Shown here piece after piece: positions 40,835-51,642 of a stretch of 64,000 nt of DNA (position 1 is its first letter; each line of letters starts with the position of its first letter). The position numbers and the translations under genes are program-made. The notes under the pieces were generated by a model, which searched no databases, was not told where the DNA came from, and saw nothing but the letters and a program-made list of their open reading frames with translations. Location: the NCBI GenBank assembly GCA_001871415.1, contig MNWW01000058.1, positions 62,001 to 126,000 on the forward strand. The letters are read 5' to 3'. This stretch comes from Candidatus Woesearchaeota archaeon CG1_02_57_44. Its GTDB lineage: Archaea; Nanobdellota; Nanobdellia; Woesearchaeales; CG1-02-57-44.

Positions 40835-43345
40835 TCATGCATCCTGCCTTCGCCAGTTTATAATCTTTTTGAAAAAGCTCACCAGCTTCTGCCAGAATCC
40901 AGGTTCTTCCTGTATGATGAGGACCGGGGCTTCATCGGTCATGGCTGATTGCCCTTGCTCACTGTTCGCATCGCTCTGGTTTGCCTGGGGGTTCTCTGCG
41001 ATCAGCAAGGTGTTTTTTGGTGGCTGCTTGACGGTAATGGTCACTGGTTCTGAAAATTCGATATATGATGTTTCGCTCATTGTGTACTGGGCGGAAGCGC
41101 TGCCGAGTTTATAGGTGCCTTCTGGCAGGATGAGTTCCGAACGCAGGATAGCCTCAGCATCAGGGTCCACCGAAAGCACGGTCCACTGGCTGTCGCCATC
41201 GGCCACACTGACATTCTCTAAGGGCGTGCCGCCGATATTGCGCACGCGTAGTGTGACAACGACTGGCGCGCCGGAATGGTCCTGTGATGCCTGCTTGACC
41301 AGATGCAGGATAGGCTCGTTGCTAAAGCCCTTGACCACATTCACGCTCAGGGTGTTTGTGGTCGCATTAAACACATTGCCATGCACATCGGTGAACGTGA
41401 TGACTGTTTCCGGAATGGCATATGATCCTGGCGCTGTTCCCCTGATCATGTCCACGTCCTGGATGGATATGCTCTCTTTTGGCATGATCACGGCCACCAG
41501 GGTATCATTACGCTGCGCGACCTCCAGTCCTGCTATAGGCACAAGCGGTATGCGAATCTGATACGCTGCATCCTTGTCATTGTTTGTCAGGCGGTAATCA
41601 ACGCTCGCCGTGCCTCCTGAGGGCGTGCTGTAGGAGCTCATACTTTTCTGCGCCGCGACCAGGATGCGCTTGGGTGTTATCGTGATTGGCGTTAGCGTCC
41701 CAAAACGATATTCTTTTCCAGAGTAATTATACATCACGGTCGTGTTGGCGTAGTAGGTGGTCGCATGCGTCACGTCCGGCGCGGGCACGGTGTAGATATA
41801 GGCGGTCGCGCTCGCGCCGCTGGACAAGGACATGCGGTTCTGCCTGATGCCTCTGGTCGACAGCTCCAGTTCATCGGTCACCATAATGCCGTCCAGGTCC
41901 ACATCGCGGGGATTCGTGATATCGACCCGTACCGTCGCCTCCTCGCCTGCTGTGATGCGGTCGGGACTAGCGCTCGCCTGGATGGTGAGGCCAGGTGCTT
42001 CCTTGAGCTGCAAGGACTTGGTTGCCGTTACATTCAGGCGATCCCCGTATGCAGTCTCATAGAAGATGGTGTACTCGTTCTGGTATACCATGTCCTTGAC
42101 ATTCTCCGGGCCTTGTATCCTGGCTATCTCGATGACCTCTTGCTGACTTGCGTTCAGCTCGTCCACGCGCCGGGTCTTGTTTCCGAACAGCGGCGAATTC
42201 TGCAGGATGTAAATGTTCTTGAGCGCGGCCTGCGTATTCGGATTGCGGATATAGACATATAATGTTTTTAGTTCACCTGTCTCAATGACTTCGGTATCAA
42301 AATTGGTCATGACCTCCAGGTCCTTGGCCGTCGTGGCATAGGTCATGGTCGCAGGCTCGCCTGTGTACCAGGTTCCCGCTTTGCGATACCACGTGGATAT
42401 CCTCGCGGTTCCTTGGCCAAGACGCGTCGCCTGCAGGATCAGGGTGAAACTCTGCGTCTTATTCTTGCCCAGGGAAAATGTGGCGTTGAGCATAGGGTCC
42501 TGTCGCACCAGCGTGCCTTTGCGCACGCTCCAGTCCACGGTTCCGGGCAGCTCCACGCGCATGATGACCTCATCTATGCTGGATGCATTGCGGTTGGATA
42601 TGTTGATAGTCAGGTTAGTTTTGCTACCCAGCAGGAGGCTTTGGGTATCGGTGAACAGTGAGACCGTCACCTGAGGTGATGCGTCCAACCAAACCGGGTC
42701 AAGATTCATGGTCGTCTCCAGGGGCGCGTTATAGGTGATTGTCCCTCCGATGGACCTGTCCTGTGGCGTGGTCGTGGTCAGTCGGACGGAACAGGACACG
42801 CTCTGGTCAGGGTTGAGGACCGTGCTGAGCAGGATACTGTTGCCCTCCCGCATGCAGCCGTCGGTCTCCAGCAGGATGATATCATCCGGCAGTTGCTGGA
42901 CAAACCGCAATGGCGTCGCCATGCCCCCGCTGTTATTCACCTCCAGGGTTATCACTGCCGGCTCACCGAGGATGATAGGCGACGGGCTGCTTAGTTTCGC
43001 GTTGATGACCGGCAGAAGCGAGTAGATGGTCACGGACGCTTTTTCCGCTATGGCGCTCTCATCGAAACTGATGCGGTTCAGGCACCATTTGGTGCTGTTG
43101 ATGAGGTTGCACGTATTATTGTTCACATACCAGCTGCGACCCTGGTTCTCCACCCGGACGCGCTCGGTCTGCACGAACACCTGAAATGACTGGTCATTGA
43201 CGACGATGCTCTCGCTATCAAAGAACTCCTTGGTCGTGAATTCTTCCAGCGCGATAGCAGCGGGTAGCATGCAGATGATGAGGGCCAGGATGAGAAGGCT
43301 CACCTGTTGTCTGCTGCTGGTTCTTATCCGCGTCTGTCGTCTCAT
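40835..43345 (-). CDS. large surface protein with repeated Ig-like (DUF11/BatD-like) domains
   Basis: Signal peptide; repeated V.V.I.N.G beta modules; many N-x-S/T sequons; C-terminal FWQKLVSFFKK amphipathic tail. Confidence 0.8.
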   Translation of the reverse strand: MRRQTRIRTSSRQQVSLLILALIICMLPAAIALEEFTTKEFFDSESIVVNDQSFQVFVQTERVRVENQGRSWYVNNNTCNLINSTKWCLNRISFDESAIAEKASVTIYSLLPVINAKLSSPSPIILGEPAVITLEVNNSGGMATPLRFVQQLPDDIILLETDGCMREGNSILLSTVLNPDQSVSCSVRLTTTTPQDRSIGGTITYNAPLETTMNLDPVWLDASPQVTVSLFTDTQSLLLGSKTNLTINISNRNASSIDEVIMRVELPGTVDWSVRKGTLVRQDPMLNATFSLGKNKTQSFTLILQATRLGQGTARISTWYRKAGTWYTGEPATMTYATTAKDLEVMTNFDTEVIETGELKTLYVYIRNPNTQAALKNIYILQNSPLFGNKTRRVDELNASQQEVIEIARIQGPENVKDMVYQNEYTIFYETAYGDRLNVTATKSLQLKEAPGLTIQASASPDRITAGEEATVRVDITNPRDVDLDGIMVTDELELSTRGIRQNRMSLSSGASATAYIYTVPAPDVTHATTYYANTTVMYNYSGKEYRFGTLTPITITPKRILVAAQKSMSSYSTPSGGTASVDYRLTNNDKDAAYQIRIPLVPIAGLEVAQRNDTLVAVIMPKESISIQDVDMIRGTAPGSYAIPETVITFTDVHGNVFNATTNTLSVNVVKGFSNEPILHLVKQASQDHSGAPVVVTLRVRNIGGTPLENVSVADGDSQWTVLSVDPDAEAILRSELILPEGTYKLGSASAQYTMSETSYIEFSEPVTITVKQPPKNTLLIAENPQANQSDANSEQGQSAMTDEAPVLIIQEEPGFWQKLVSFFKKIINWRRQDA

Positions 43346-44052
43346 CTCACTATCACCCTTTCCATCAGACGCTGGGGCAGCAGGCGGATGACCTTGAAGA
43401 CGGCAGTCTCCGGGTAGACGATGATCTCATTGTCGCGCAACCCTGCCGCGAGCAGCAATGGTTGCTTCTGGGCGACATTGAGCACCAGCATCTGGAATAG
43501 CATGCTCCTGAATTCAGCGTCTCCTGGCGTATTCTTCATCATCTCAAGCGCGTTCTGTCTCTTGTTGGTGGGCATCAGCTCCATGAAGGTTGACTTGGGG
43601 TTCTGGCTCTTTAGGATGTCGATGATGTCTGACGCTGACAGCGCAATAGTCTCTGTCAGGATACCAGGAGCATCCGCGAACGCTGCGGGGCTGAAGAGCG
43701 CTATCTTATAGATGCCCTGAGCGGCAAGAGCATCGGGATCCTGGCTTGTTGCCAAATCTGCCATGGTGCTCATTTGCTGCTCACTCAACCAACTGGTCTG
43801 GTTCGTTCCGATCAGACTGAATCCTGCCAGGATATCTCCTTGGTCCTGCAACAGCAAAACGTTTGACGCCTGACCAAAGTCCTGCTGCAGGCTTCGCATG
43901 TCAGCAGCGATAAACAGTCCGGCATATATCAATAGTGCTGCGATGATAAGTCCCGCGAACAAGAGCACTTTTAGCACTTTCTTGGTCAGTTCAAATAAGA
44001 GCGCGACGCCGATGATGAACAATAAACCAAGTATCCAAAGCTCGACCGCCAT
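43342..44052 (-). CDS. hypothetical membrane protein
   Basis: Two N-terminal TMs; ATGA-coupled to the next gene. Confidence 0.7.
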   Translation of the reverse strand: MAVELWILGLLFIIGVALLFELTKKVLKVLLFAGLIIAALLIYAGLFIAADMRSLQQDFGQASNVLLLQDQGDILAGFSLIGTNQTSWLSEQQMSTMADLATSQDPDALAAQGIYKIALFSPAAFADAPGILTETIALSASDIIDILKSQNPKSTFMELMPTNKRQNALEMMKNTPGDAEFRSMLFQMLVLNVAQKQPLLLAAGLRDNEIIVYPETAVFKVIRLLPQRLMERVIVR

Positions 44053-44162
44053 GGTGCGATTGCGTCTGCGGGAGTATTTAAATGTTTAGGGCTCTGTGGT
44101 TGAAGCTTCTGGCTGAGTGGTTTGGAAAATAATATAAAGCAGCGCAGAGTGAGGCTTTGCGT

Positions 44163-44558
44163 ATGGAAATTCCTGACAGCATGGATGAGTTGGTCTATTT
44201 CACGAACCGTGGCATTGCCGGTGGACATGTCACAGCGTGGGCCAGGCGGCAGGAGTGTCCGCAGTGCCATGGCGCGCTCATGGGCAAGCCCAAGGACAAG
44301 AAAGGCTCTATCAAGATCCGCGCAAGTGAGTATGTCTGCCCTGAGTGCGGGCACACGGTGGAAAAGCAGGCATACGAGGAATCGCTGACTGCGGAGATCG
44401 TCTACACCTGTCCTCACTGCGCCAAGAAAGGTGATGCGGCTGTCCCCTTCAAACGAAAAAAGGTCGCCGGCGTCGATGTGCTGCGCTTTCCCTGCGGTTT
44501 TTGCAGCACGCCCATTGACATCACTAAGAAGATGAAGGAGAAAAAGGAGAAGAAGTGA
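44163..44558 (+). CDS. multi Zn-ribbon protein
   Basis: Four CxxC pairs (CPQC, CPEC, CPHC, CGFC). Confidence 0.8.
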   Translation: MEIPDSMDELVYFTNRGIAGGHVTAWARRQECPQCHGALMGKPKDKKGSIKIRASEYVCPECGHTVEKQAYEESLTAEIVYTCPHCAKKGDAAVPFKRKKVAGVDVLRFPCGFCSTPIDITKKMKEKKEKK

Positions 44559-44796
44559 GGCCTACGCATCCCTGTCACTGCGCGGCCGGCCCTCAGCGTG
44601 GTTGTCTTAGTGCCCTTGATTTGTCTCTGGAACTGCTTTGCTATCTGCTGTTGATGCGCCAGTGGTATGATGCCGTCCTTCTCAGCCAGGATGATGCGCG
44701 CGCTTTCGCATTGCATCGTGGAGATGAGTCTCTCCGGTTCGATTGGTTTGTAAGCTCACCGGTATAAATATATAGTCGCCGGGCTTCGCCTTTTTC

Positions 44797-46470
44797 ATGC
44801 GATCCGACGAAGTCAAGAAGGGAACTGAACGTGCTCCTCACCGCTCACTGCTGCGCGCTACAGGCTGCATCAAGGACGAGGCAGATTTCGGCAAGCCTTT
44901 CATCGCCATCGCCAACAGCTACACGGATTTCGTGCCTGGCCACGTGCACCTGGAAAAGGTCGGCAAGATGGTCAAGGAAGCAGTTCGCGAGGCTGGCGGG
45001 ATACCCTTTGAATTTCACACCATGGCCATTGATGACGGCATAGCCATGGGTCACATCGGCATGAAATACTCGCTGCCCAGCAGGGAACTTATCGCAGATT
45101 GCGTCGAGAGCATGTGCGAGGCGCATCGCGTCGATGGCTTGGTCTGCATCAGCAACTGCGATAAGATCACGCCAGGTATGCTGCTCGCCTCCATGCGTCT
45201 GAATATTCCCACTATCTTTGTGTCCGGCGGGCCCATGAAAGCGGGCAAGACCAAATCCGGCAAGAGCACTGATCTGATCTCCGTGTTCATCGGTGTGGGC
45301 GAGCTTGCCACGGGCAAGATAACGTCTGAGGGGCTCCAGGAGCTCGAAGAAGTCTCTTGCCCCACCTGCGGCAGCTGCTCTGGCATGTTCACGGCCAACA
45401 GCATGAACTGCCTGAATGAAGCCATCGGTATGGCCTTGCCAGGCAACGGCACGATACTTGCTATCGATTCCCGTCGGGATGCTCTGTATAAGGAAGCAGG
45501 AAAGCGCATCGTCGCCATGGTCAAGGACAACGGGCCGCTGCCTCGCCATATCGTCACGACCAAGAGCATCGACAATGCCTTCGCGCTGGACATGGCCATG
45601 GGGGGCAGCACGAACACGGTCCTGCACACGCTCGCGATGGCGCATGAGGCTGGTGTCGAGTATCCGCTCAAGCGCATCAACAATGTGGCTGACAAGGTCT
45701 CCTACATCTGCAAGGTCAGCCCCGCGGATCTGGACGTCCATGTCGAGGATGTCGACAGGGCTGGCGGTATCATGGCCATCCTGCACGAGCTGGACAAGAA
45801 GGGCCTCGTGCACCGGGATTGCCTGACGGTCTCGGGCAAAAGGATCGCGGACCAGTACGCAGGAGCTGATGTCAAGGACCACAAGGTCGTGCGCAGCATT
45901 GACGCACCGTTCACGGAAAAGGGAGGCCTGACTATATTGTCTGGTAACCTCGCTCCTGACGGGGCTGTCGTGAAGTCAGGCGCGGTGGATGCGGAGATGA
46001 TGGTGCATACGGGCCCTGCGCGCGTCTTCGACACAGAGGAAGACGCCAATGAAGCGATACTGGGAGGCAAGATCGTCGAGGGCGATGTCGTCGTCATCCG
46101 CTATGAAGGGCCTGCCGGCGGTCCTGGCATGAAAGAGATGTTGGCTCCTACGTCGAATATCGTCGGCCTGGGCCTTGGCAAGAGCGTCGCGCTCATCACC
46201 GATGGCAGGTTCTCCGGAGGGACCCGCGGCGCCTGCGTCGGGCATGTGTCTCCGGAAGCAGCGGCGCGTGGTCCTATCGCAGCGCTCTCCGATGGTGACA
46301 TCGTCACTGTCGATATCCCTGCGCGTCGGTTGGACGTGGACCTGACTTCAGAGGAGATCGCAGGCCGCCTCGAGAAGCTGGGCAAATTCACGCCGAAGAT
46401 AACACATGGCTGGCTTGGCAGGTACGCGCGCTTTGTGACGAGCGCGGATAAGGGCGCGGTGCTGAAATAG
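44797..46470 (+). CDS. ilvD: dihydroxy-acid dehydratase
   Basis: [52 protein letters not shown]. Confidence 0.97.
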   Translation: MRSDEVKKGTERAPHRSLLRATGCIKDEADFGKPFIAIANSYTDFVPGHVHLEKVGKMVKEAVREAGGIPFEFHTMAIDDGIAMGHIGMKYSLPSRELIADCVESMCEAHRVDGLVCISNCDKITPGMLLASMRLNIPTIFVSGGPMKAGKTKSGKSTDLISVFIGVGELATGKITSEGLQELEEVSCPTCGSCSGMFTANSMNCLNEAIGMALPGNGTILAIDSRRDALYKEAGKRIVAMVKDNGPLPRHIVTTKSIDNAFALDMAMGGSTNTVLHTLAMAHEAGVEYPLKRINNVADKVSYICKVSPADLDVHVEDVDRAGGIMAILHELDKKGLVHRDCLTVSGKRIADQYAGADVKDHKVVRSIDAPFTEKGGLTILSGNLAPDGAVVKSGAVDAEMMVHTGPARVFDTEEDANEAILGGKIVEGDVVVIRYEGPAGGPGMKEMLAPTSNIVGLGLGKSVALITDGRFSGGTRGACVGHVSPEAAARGPIAALSDGDIVTVDIPARRLDVDLTSEEIAGRLEKLGKFTPKITHGWLGRYARFVTSADKGAVLK

Positions 46471-46535
46471 AAACAATAGTTGATTGAGATTGTGCCTAGA
46501 GGGCGGCCAGACTTGCGTGCGTCCTGACTCTTTCG

Positions 46536-46889
46536 TCAGAAGAACAGTTTACTGATGATGACCCAGAAGAGGAAGAGCGCGACCGTGCCGATGAGAATGT
46601 CTTTCACATGGCGTTGCCATTGACCCTTTCGGTTCATGCGCATATTGTCCACCTGCTGCTTAATATAATTTATGTCTTTTTGCATGTTGTCCAACTTATT
46701 GGTGTATTCCTGCCATTCGTGATTCATTCGTTCGACCAAGTGCCAGAAACCTGCCAGAAAAATGACCGACAAGAGCAGGAACGTCCACAGGCCCAGACCT
46801 AATCGTACATCGGTTATGCTCAACAGCCCGAATGACAGCGCGAGAGTGGTAAGGCCTTTCAACAGCTTCTGTCCCAGCGTTGTTTTCAT
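46536..46889 (-). CDS. small membrane protein
   Basis: Three TMs with a coiled-coil linker; lower GC than neighbours. Confidence 0.6.
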   Translation of the reverse strand: MKTTLGQKLLKGLTTLALSFGLLSITDVRLGLGLWTFLLLSVIFLAGFWHLVERMNHEWQEYTNKLDNMQKDINYIKQQVDNMRMNRKGQWQRHVKDILIGTVALFLFWVIISKLFF

Positions 46890-47314
46890 TGGACTGCTGT
46901 TTTTTGCACCTGGCTAATATCTGTTACCAAGAATTTTCCGGAATATCTTTGCTGCTTGCGGAATTGGTCAATTATGAATCTACGCATTCTTCTGACCTCT
47001 TTATCACAAATGGGTCGTTTTGATATTTTGCTCTCTGTTTATGACAACACCCATATATCGCAGTACGTTCAGGCGATACTGCATGAACCTCGCACGTGAT
47101 TGCCGGTGGCGGACGCACAGCATGCCGCGCGTCTCTCGATGGGTTGCATAGCAGCGGGTCTTGTGCAGTAGGTTTCTTGTCCGGTTCTGATACCTCGCTC
47201 TGGCGGCAGTGGTCCTTCTGATGGACCTGCGCACGCGATGATGTCTGTGCCGCATGCGTAGGTGCCGCATGCGCGGCAATTGTAGATTACTGCCACACCA
47301 CTGAGGTGATTGCT

Positions 47315-48025
47315 ATGAGAATGAACAGCCAGCCGAAGCTTGGTATACTTGGGGGCATAGGCCCGATATCGACAGCGTACCTGTATGTGGCCCTGGTCAC
47401 GGGGCTGCAGAAGCGAGGTTATGGGATGGACAATACGACCTACCCGCAGATAATCGTCAACAGCATCCCTGCGCCAGAGCTGGTCGGGACGCGGGTGGAC
47501 AAGGAGCAGCGCAGGCCCTACGCGCTCGGCCTCAAGCAGCTTGACGCCATGGGGGTGGATCATATCACCATGGCCTGCAATACCATCCACTGCTACCTGG
47601 ATGAGCTGCGCGAGCATGTGAGCGCGCCAATCGTGGATCTGCCCGCTGCGGTGGAGGGGGAGTTGCGGAGCATCGGGTCCACGCGGCCAGGGCTGCTCGG
47701 GACAGCGATGACCGTGCAGTCAGGATTGTATCGCTTCGAGGGCATGCAGCCGGTGGAACCCTCGGCTGAAGACCTGGGTGTTCTCGGCGAGGTCATCGTG
47801 GCGTACAATGCCGGGCAATGCGGTCCCCTGCATCAGGCGGGATTTGTGCGCGTCGTTGATGGTCTTCGGGAGCGCGGTGCTGATAGCATGGTCTTCGGCT
47901 GCACGGAGCTCGCCATGCTTGGTCGGGACCTGATGCGCGATAGGGTGCCCAAGGTCGACACGCTGGATGTGCTGGCTGAGGCGACGCTGCGGGATATGGG
48001 GTATGCATCTTCCCCTGCATCGTGA
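47315..48025 (+). CDS. aspartate/glutamate racemase family protein
   Basis: GILGGIGPIST, ACNT and GCTE catalytic Cys pair; GAGGTGA SD. Confidence 0.9.
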   Translation: MRMNSQPKLGILGGIGPISTAYLYVALVTGLQKRGYGMDNTTYPQIIVNSIPAPELVGTRVDKEQRRPYALGLKQLDAMGVDHITMACNTIHCYLDELREHVSAPIVDLPAAVEGELRSIGSTRPGLLGTAMTVQSGLYRFEGMQPVEPSAEDLGVLGEVIVAYNAGQCGPLHQAGFVRVVDGLRERGADSMVFGCTELAMLGRDLMRDRVPKVDTLDVLAEATLRDMGYASSPAS

Positions 48026-48130
48026 ATCCCGTCTGCGCGCGCATGATGTGCCTGATGCCCTGCAGGTGCAAAGGCCCGCTCACCGACAACGGCCGTCATC
48101 CTCTTTTTCTTTTTTCCTCCTTCTCCCCTG

Positions 48131-48856
48131 CTATTTCTTCTGTGCACTGGTCCACAGGACCTTAAAGAAGGAGTCATACGAACTCGCCGCCACCTTGTTG
48201 CGGATGAGGATGCCTACTGGCGTCTCGGTCCAGATGATGATGCCGATGGTGTCATCGCGGATGATGGTCTCGGTCAACGGCTCAAAGCCAGCGCGCGTGA
48301 ACTTGTAGCTGGCCTTGGAGTAGAGGTTGACATCGCACCAGTCCCTGAGCGACTCATTGAAGATGAGCTTTGCCGTGATGCCCCTGCCCGCTCTCTTCTT
48401 ATGATAGCTCTTCCAGAAGGTATCGCCCATCATCAGCGACTCCTTCGCTGACCCGAAGGTGTGATGCTCCTTGCCTCCTGCATCGAGCAGCGCGTAGAGC
48501 AGCTCGCGGATCCCTTTTATCCCCTTAAAGGCGCTGACCTCGGATCGCTCCTTGGCCATCTCCTGCTTGAGCCGCAGCTCTGGCAGCAGCTGCTCGAACT
48601 GCTCTTTCTTCTCATCGATGTACTGGGAGATGCGTCCGGGGTCGGTCGCCTGATACTGGTTGCGCCGTCCCTCCTTGATGAATGACACGAATCCCTTGGC
48701 GATGAGCTTGTTGAGTGTCATGTGCACGACAGAGCTCTGCAGGCCGCTCTTCTCGATGATCGGGCCTGCGGTGGACTCGCCAAGCTCCAGCAGCGCCAGA
48801 TAGGTACGTATCTCTGCATTGCTGAATCCCAGGTCCTCGAGGATGCGCGTGTCCAT
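48131..48856 (-). CDS. TrmB family transcriptional regulator
   Basis: LEDLGFSNAEIRTYLALL wHTH; KGIKGI; C-terminal effector domain ending SYDSFFKVLW. Confidence 0.9.
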   Translation of the reverse strand: MDTRILEDLGFSNAEIRTYLALLELGESTAGPIIEKSGLQSSVVHMTLNKLIAKGFVSFIKEGRRNQYQATDPGRISQYIDEKKEQFEQLLPELRLKQEMAKERSEVSAFKGIKGIRELLYALLDAGGKEHHTFGSAKESLMMGDTFWKSYHKKRAGRGITAKLIFNESLRDWCDVNLYSKASYKFTRAGFEPLTETIIRDDTIGIIIWTETPVGILIRNKVAASSYDSFFKVLWTSAQKK

Positions 48857-49090
48857 GCTCGCTCTGTGGGCAGGGCGCTATTTGAATGTTACTGTTTTCT
48901 CCACCAAAACTGGAGAGTGAATCTATATATCGCGGTGTGTTACTACTGTGGTATTGTAATAAGCAAGGATCACAGAAGAGGTGAACGAGATGACGAAATT
49001 TGACGGACATTCGAAAAAGACACTGGCTGATGGGCTTGAGGTGCCTATGGATACGCAAGCTATCGTGCGCTGGCGCGCCTACCAGGGGGT

Positions 49091-49714
49091 GTGAGCATGA
49101 GACACAAGAATCCTGCGTACATGGTGGCAGCAGGGCTGAGTATTCTGGCGGCTACTGCAGGGGCTCCTGCTGCAGATGGATGGGTTGCGCTCACTCCTGC
49201 GGTGCAGGAGGGCGGCGTGACCTTGCGGGTCGAGGAGAGCATCAGTGTGGGGCCCCTGACTGAATACGGTTTCCTTGATGTCGGTCCTGACAATGCAATC
49301 TATGGCGAATCGCGCTTCAGCTTGCCGTTGGAACGCGTGCTGCCGGGGGTCGATGACTCCCTGCTGTCACGGCTTTCCCTTGTGGGTGAGATTGATGCGG
49401 GTTCTGGTATGCAGCCGAGATTCCGCGCAGGCATCGGCGGCAGCTATGCTCCCTGGCAGGGCAACACCTCCGGCTTTCGCGTCATGCCCTTCTCGAGCTA
49501 TGGGGCTCCCCAAGCGACGCTGTACTCCTACCAGCACCTTGGCGATGTCGACCTTGGAGGTTTTATCGACCTGGACAGGAATGGCTGCTATGGCGAGATA
49601 GAGGTGACAGTACGGATTGATCCGCACCTGAGGGTGCTCGCGCAGGCACGCGGCTGCAAAGGGAGTGCGGGCGCGGATGTGGTGCCGTTGCTTGGTCTGA
49701 GGTGGGAGCCATGA
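49091..49714 (+). CDS. secreted protein with beta-barrel-like strand pattern (start uncertain)
   Basis: Signal peptide; Gly/aromatic alternating strands; internal repeat YGFLDV..YGE / GGFIDL..YGE; C-terminal LGLRWEP. Confidence 0.6.
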   Translation: MSMRHKNPAYMVAAGLSILAATAGAPAADGWVALTPAVQEGGVTLRVEESISVGPLTEYGFLDVGPDNAIYGESRFSLPLERVLPGVDDSLLSRLSLVGEIDAGSGMQPRFRAGIGGSYAPWQGNTSGFRVMPFSSYGAPQATLYSYQHLGDVDLGGFIDLDRNGCYGEIEVTVRIDPHLRVLAQARGCKGSAGADVVPLLGLRWEP

Positions 49715-49753
49715 GCGAGTCTGCTATGCATTCATCCCCGCAGGGGATACGAG

Positions 49754-50131
49754 GTGATGCGCATGGACACAGCACTTGAGGCGCGCCTCAACGCGCTGCT
49801 GCAGGCTGACGAGCGCGAAGCCATAGGGGCTCTCATCGCAGGACGGGACAGGGAGACACAGGTCGCGATGAACCGCCTTGCATGCGGTTATTTTCTGGAG
49901 CAGGGGCAGTATGTCGATGCTGTCTTCTGCGCGAGCCATGCGGGTGATGGAGACAGGGTATTTGAGATACTCGACATCCCGGATGCTCGTCAGCAGGCAC
50001 AGGAATTCATCCCCTCGAATGTCTATATCCAGTGCTCGCATGGCACGCCGCTCGGCTTGCTGAATACCCCGTATCATGACCTATACTGGATGCTGCATTT
50101 CCACGCCGGGGCGAGAAAACCGACGACTTGA
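49754..50131 (+). CDS. hypothetical protein
   Basis: GAGGTGA SD; follows the 49091-49714 gene. Confidence 0.55.
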   Translation: MMRMDTALEARLNALLQADEREAIGALIAGRDRETQVAMNRLACGYFLEQGQYVDAVFCASHAGDGDRVFEILDIPDARQQAQEFIPSNVYIQCSHGTPLGLLNTPYHDLYWMLHFHAGARKPTT

Positions 50132-50141
50132 TGTTCCCTTT

Positions 50142-50636
50142 CTATTCTTCTTGATTTTTTTTCTTTGCGCTCGCTGCCGGGTTTCTTCGGGATCTGGCCC
50201 TCATATCTGAAACGCATTCTTCACAGGTCCCTCGCACCTCTATCTGGAAGCTGCTTATAGTCCCGGGTATCTTCTCCTGCATGAAGTCGAGCGAGTCCAC
50301 GTCGAAGTGGATGACTTCGCCTGTCTTCTCGCACACGAAGTGGCAATGGCTCATCTTGCTGGTCGTATAGACAGTCTTTCGGTTGCAGAGGTAGGAGCGC
50401 ACCTCGCCCGTCCTCTTCTTGTCCCGCAGGAAGCGGTAGACCGTGGCGATGCCCATTGATCTTGCCTGCCGTGATGCATCCTGTCTCTTACATGCGCTGG
50501 TGTCTCCGCTGGTGTCTCCTTTGACTGGGGCTGCCTCGGCAGCTATCCTCAGCTGCTCTGCTGAAAAGAATGGGGGCATCTTGCGGAGCGCGGAACCCAA
50601 TGCCTTGTACTGATGTGTGGTTCTGCTACGGGGCAT
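50142..50636 (-). CDS. Fur/Zur family regulator
   Basis: FSAEQL, GIATVYRFL, HCHFVCEKTG, GTCEEC. Confidence 0.88.
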   Translation of the reverse strand: MPRSRTTHQYKALGSALRKMPPFFSAEQLRIAAEAAPVKGDTSGDTSACKRQDASRQARSMGIATVYRFLRDKKRTGEVRSYLCNRKTVYTTSKMSHCHFVCEKTGEVIHFDVDSLDFMQEKIPGTISSFQIEVRGTCEECVSDMRARSRRNPAASAKKKNQEE

Positions 50637-50726
50637 GGTCTCACCTTCTAGGAAGATGTCTTGCTATGATTGTATTGCGTCACTGATTGTTGCTGGACAC
50701 GTGTCTCCTGCCAGGTGCTCTTGTTC

Positions 50727-50749
50727 TTATTGATATAGTAAATCAATAA
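50727..50749. promoter_or_regulatory. palindromic operator TTATTGAT-N7-ATCAATAA (candidate Fur/Zur box)
   Basis: Perfect 8-bp inverted repeat abutting TATATATA (50752-50759) between the divergent fur and ZIP genes. Confidence 0.7.
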
Positions 50750-50781
50750 GGTATATATAGGTATGGGCATTCGCAATCTCC

Positions 50782-51534
50782 ATGCTCCTGGCAATCATCC
50801 TCGCCACCGTGCTCATAAGCTGCATATCGCTCGTTGGTGTGTTCTTCGGCGACGCGCACATCCGCAAGTTCATGCACTATTTCATCAGCTTCGCGGCCGC
50901 CGTGCTCATCGCTATCACTTTCTTTGACCTGCTTCCTGAGGCGCTGGAAGAATTGGAGCTCATGGGGGTGCATCTAGAACACGCGCTGGTGTGGGTAGTC
51001 GTTGGCATCGTGCTCTTCTTTTTGGTCGAGCGATTCATCCACTGGCATCACTGCGATAAGGATGATTGCCATGAGAGGCCGGCGGGTATGCTCGTTCTGA
51101 CCGGTGATTTTGTCCACAACTTCATTGATGGCCTGCTCATCGCTGGCGCTTTTCTGCTCAACGTGCCTACGGGCATCGTGACGTCTATCAGCGTCGCTGT
51201 GCATGAGATTCCGCAGGAGATAGGTGATTACGCGGTGCTCATCCACAGTGGCTACTCCCGTGGCAGGGCGCTGTGGCTGAATTTCCTCTCGGCGCTGTCT
51301 GCGGTTATAGGGGGCGTCCTGGGCTATTATTTATTTGATTCTTTCACGGGCATCGCGCCGTATGCCGTCCTGCTCGTCGCCGGAGGGTTCCTCTACATCG
51401 CGCTCTCTGATATCGTCCCGGCGCTGCATCGGCATCATTCAGAACGCAAGGTGCAGTTGCTGGAGACGCTGCTGTTTGTCGGTACCATGGTGGCGGTATA
51501 CTTCCTGCTCGGCGCGCTGGGGCATGGGCACTGA
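50782..51534 (+). CDS. ZIP family metal transporter
   Basis: HWHHC loop, HNFIDG, HEIPQEIGD, GGFLYIA. Confidence 0.94.
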   Translation: MLLAIILATVLISCISLVGVFFGDAHIRKFMHYFISFAAAVLIAITFFDLLPEALEELELMGVHLEHALVWVVVGIVLFFLVERFIHWHHCDKDDCHERPAGMLVLTGDFVHNFIDGLLIAGAFLLNVPTGIVTSISVAVHEIPQEIGDYAVLIHSGYSRGRALWLNFLSALSAVIGGVLGYYLFDSFTGIAPYAVLLVAGGFLYIALSDIVPALHRHHSERKVQLLETLLFVGTMVAVYFLLGALGHGH

Positions 51535-51642
51535 TATCAGCCACCGACATCCGCTCAAGAACCCGACGATAGCACCGCGCAGGCAACAGCGCAGGAATCA
51601 TGCCTTTCGCTCTATCCCTTTCTCACTCTTCGTCCATGTGTC

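Noticed and set aside
47069..47296. 8-Cys minus-strand ORF as a radical SAM precursor peptide
   Set aside because: GTG start only 18 nt from the divergent racemase ATG, no SD or TATA, Cys partly from a TGCCGCATGCG duplication, and 5 kb from the radical SAM gene
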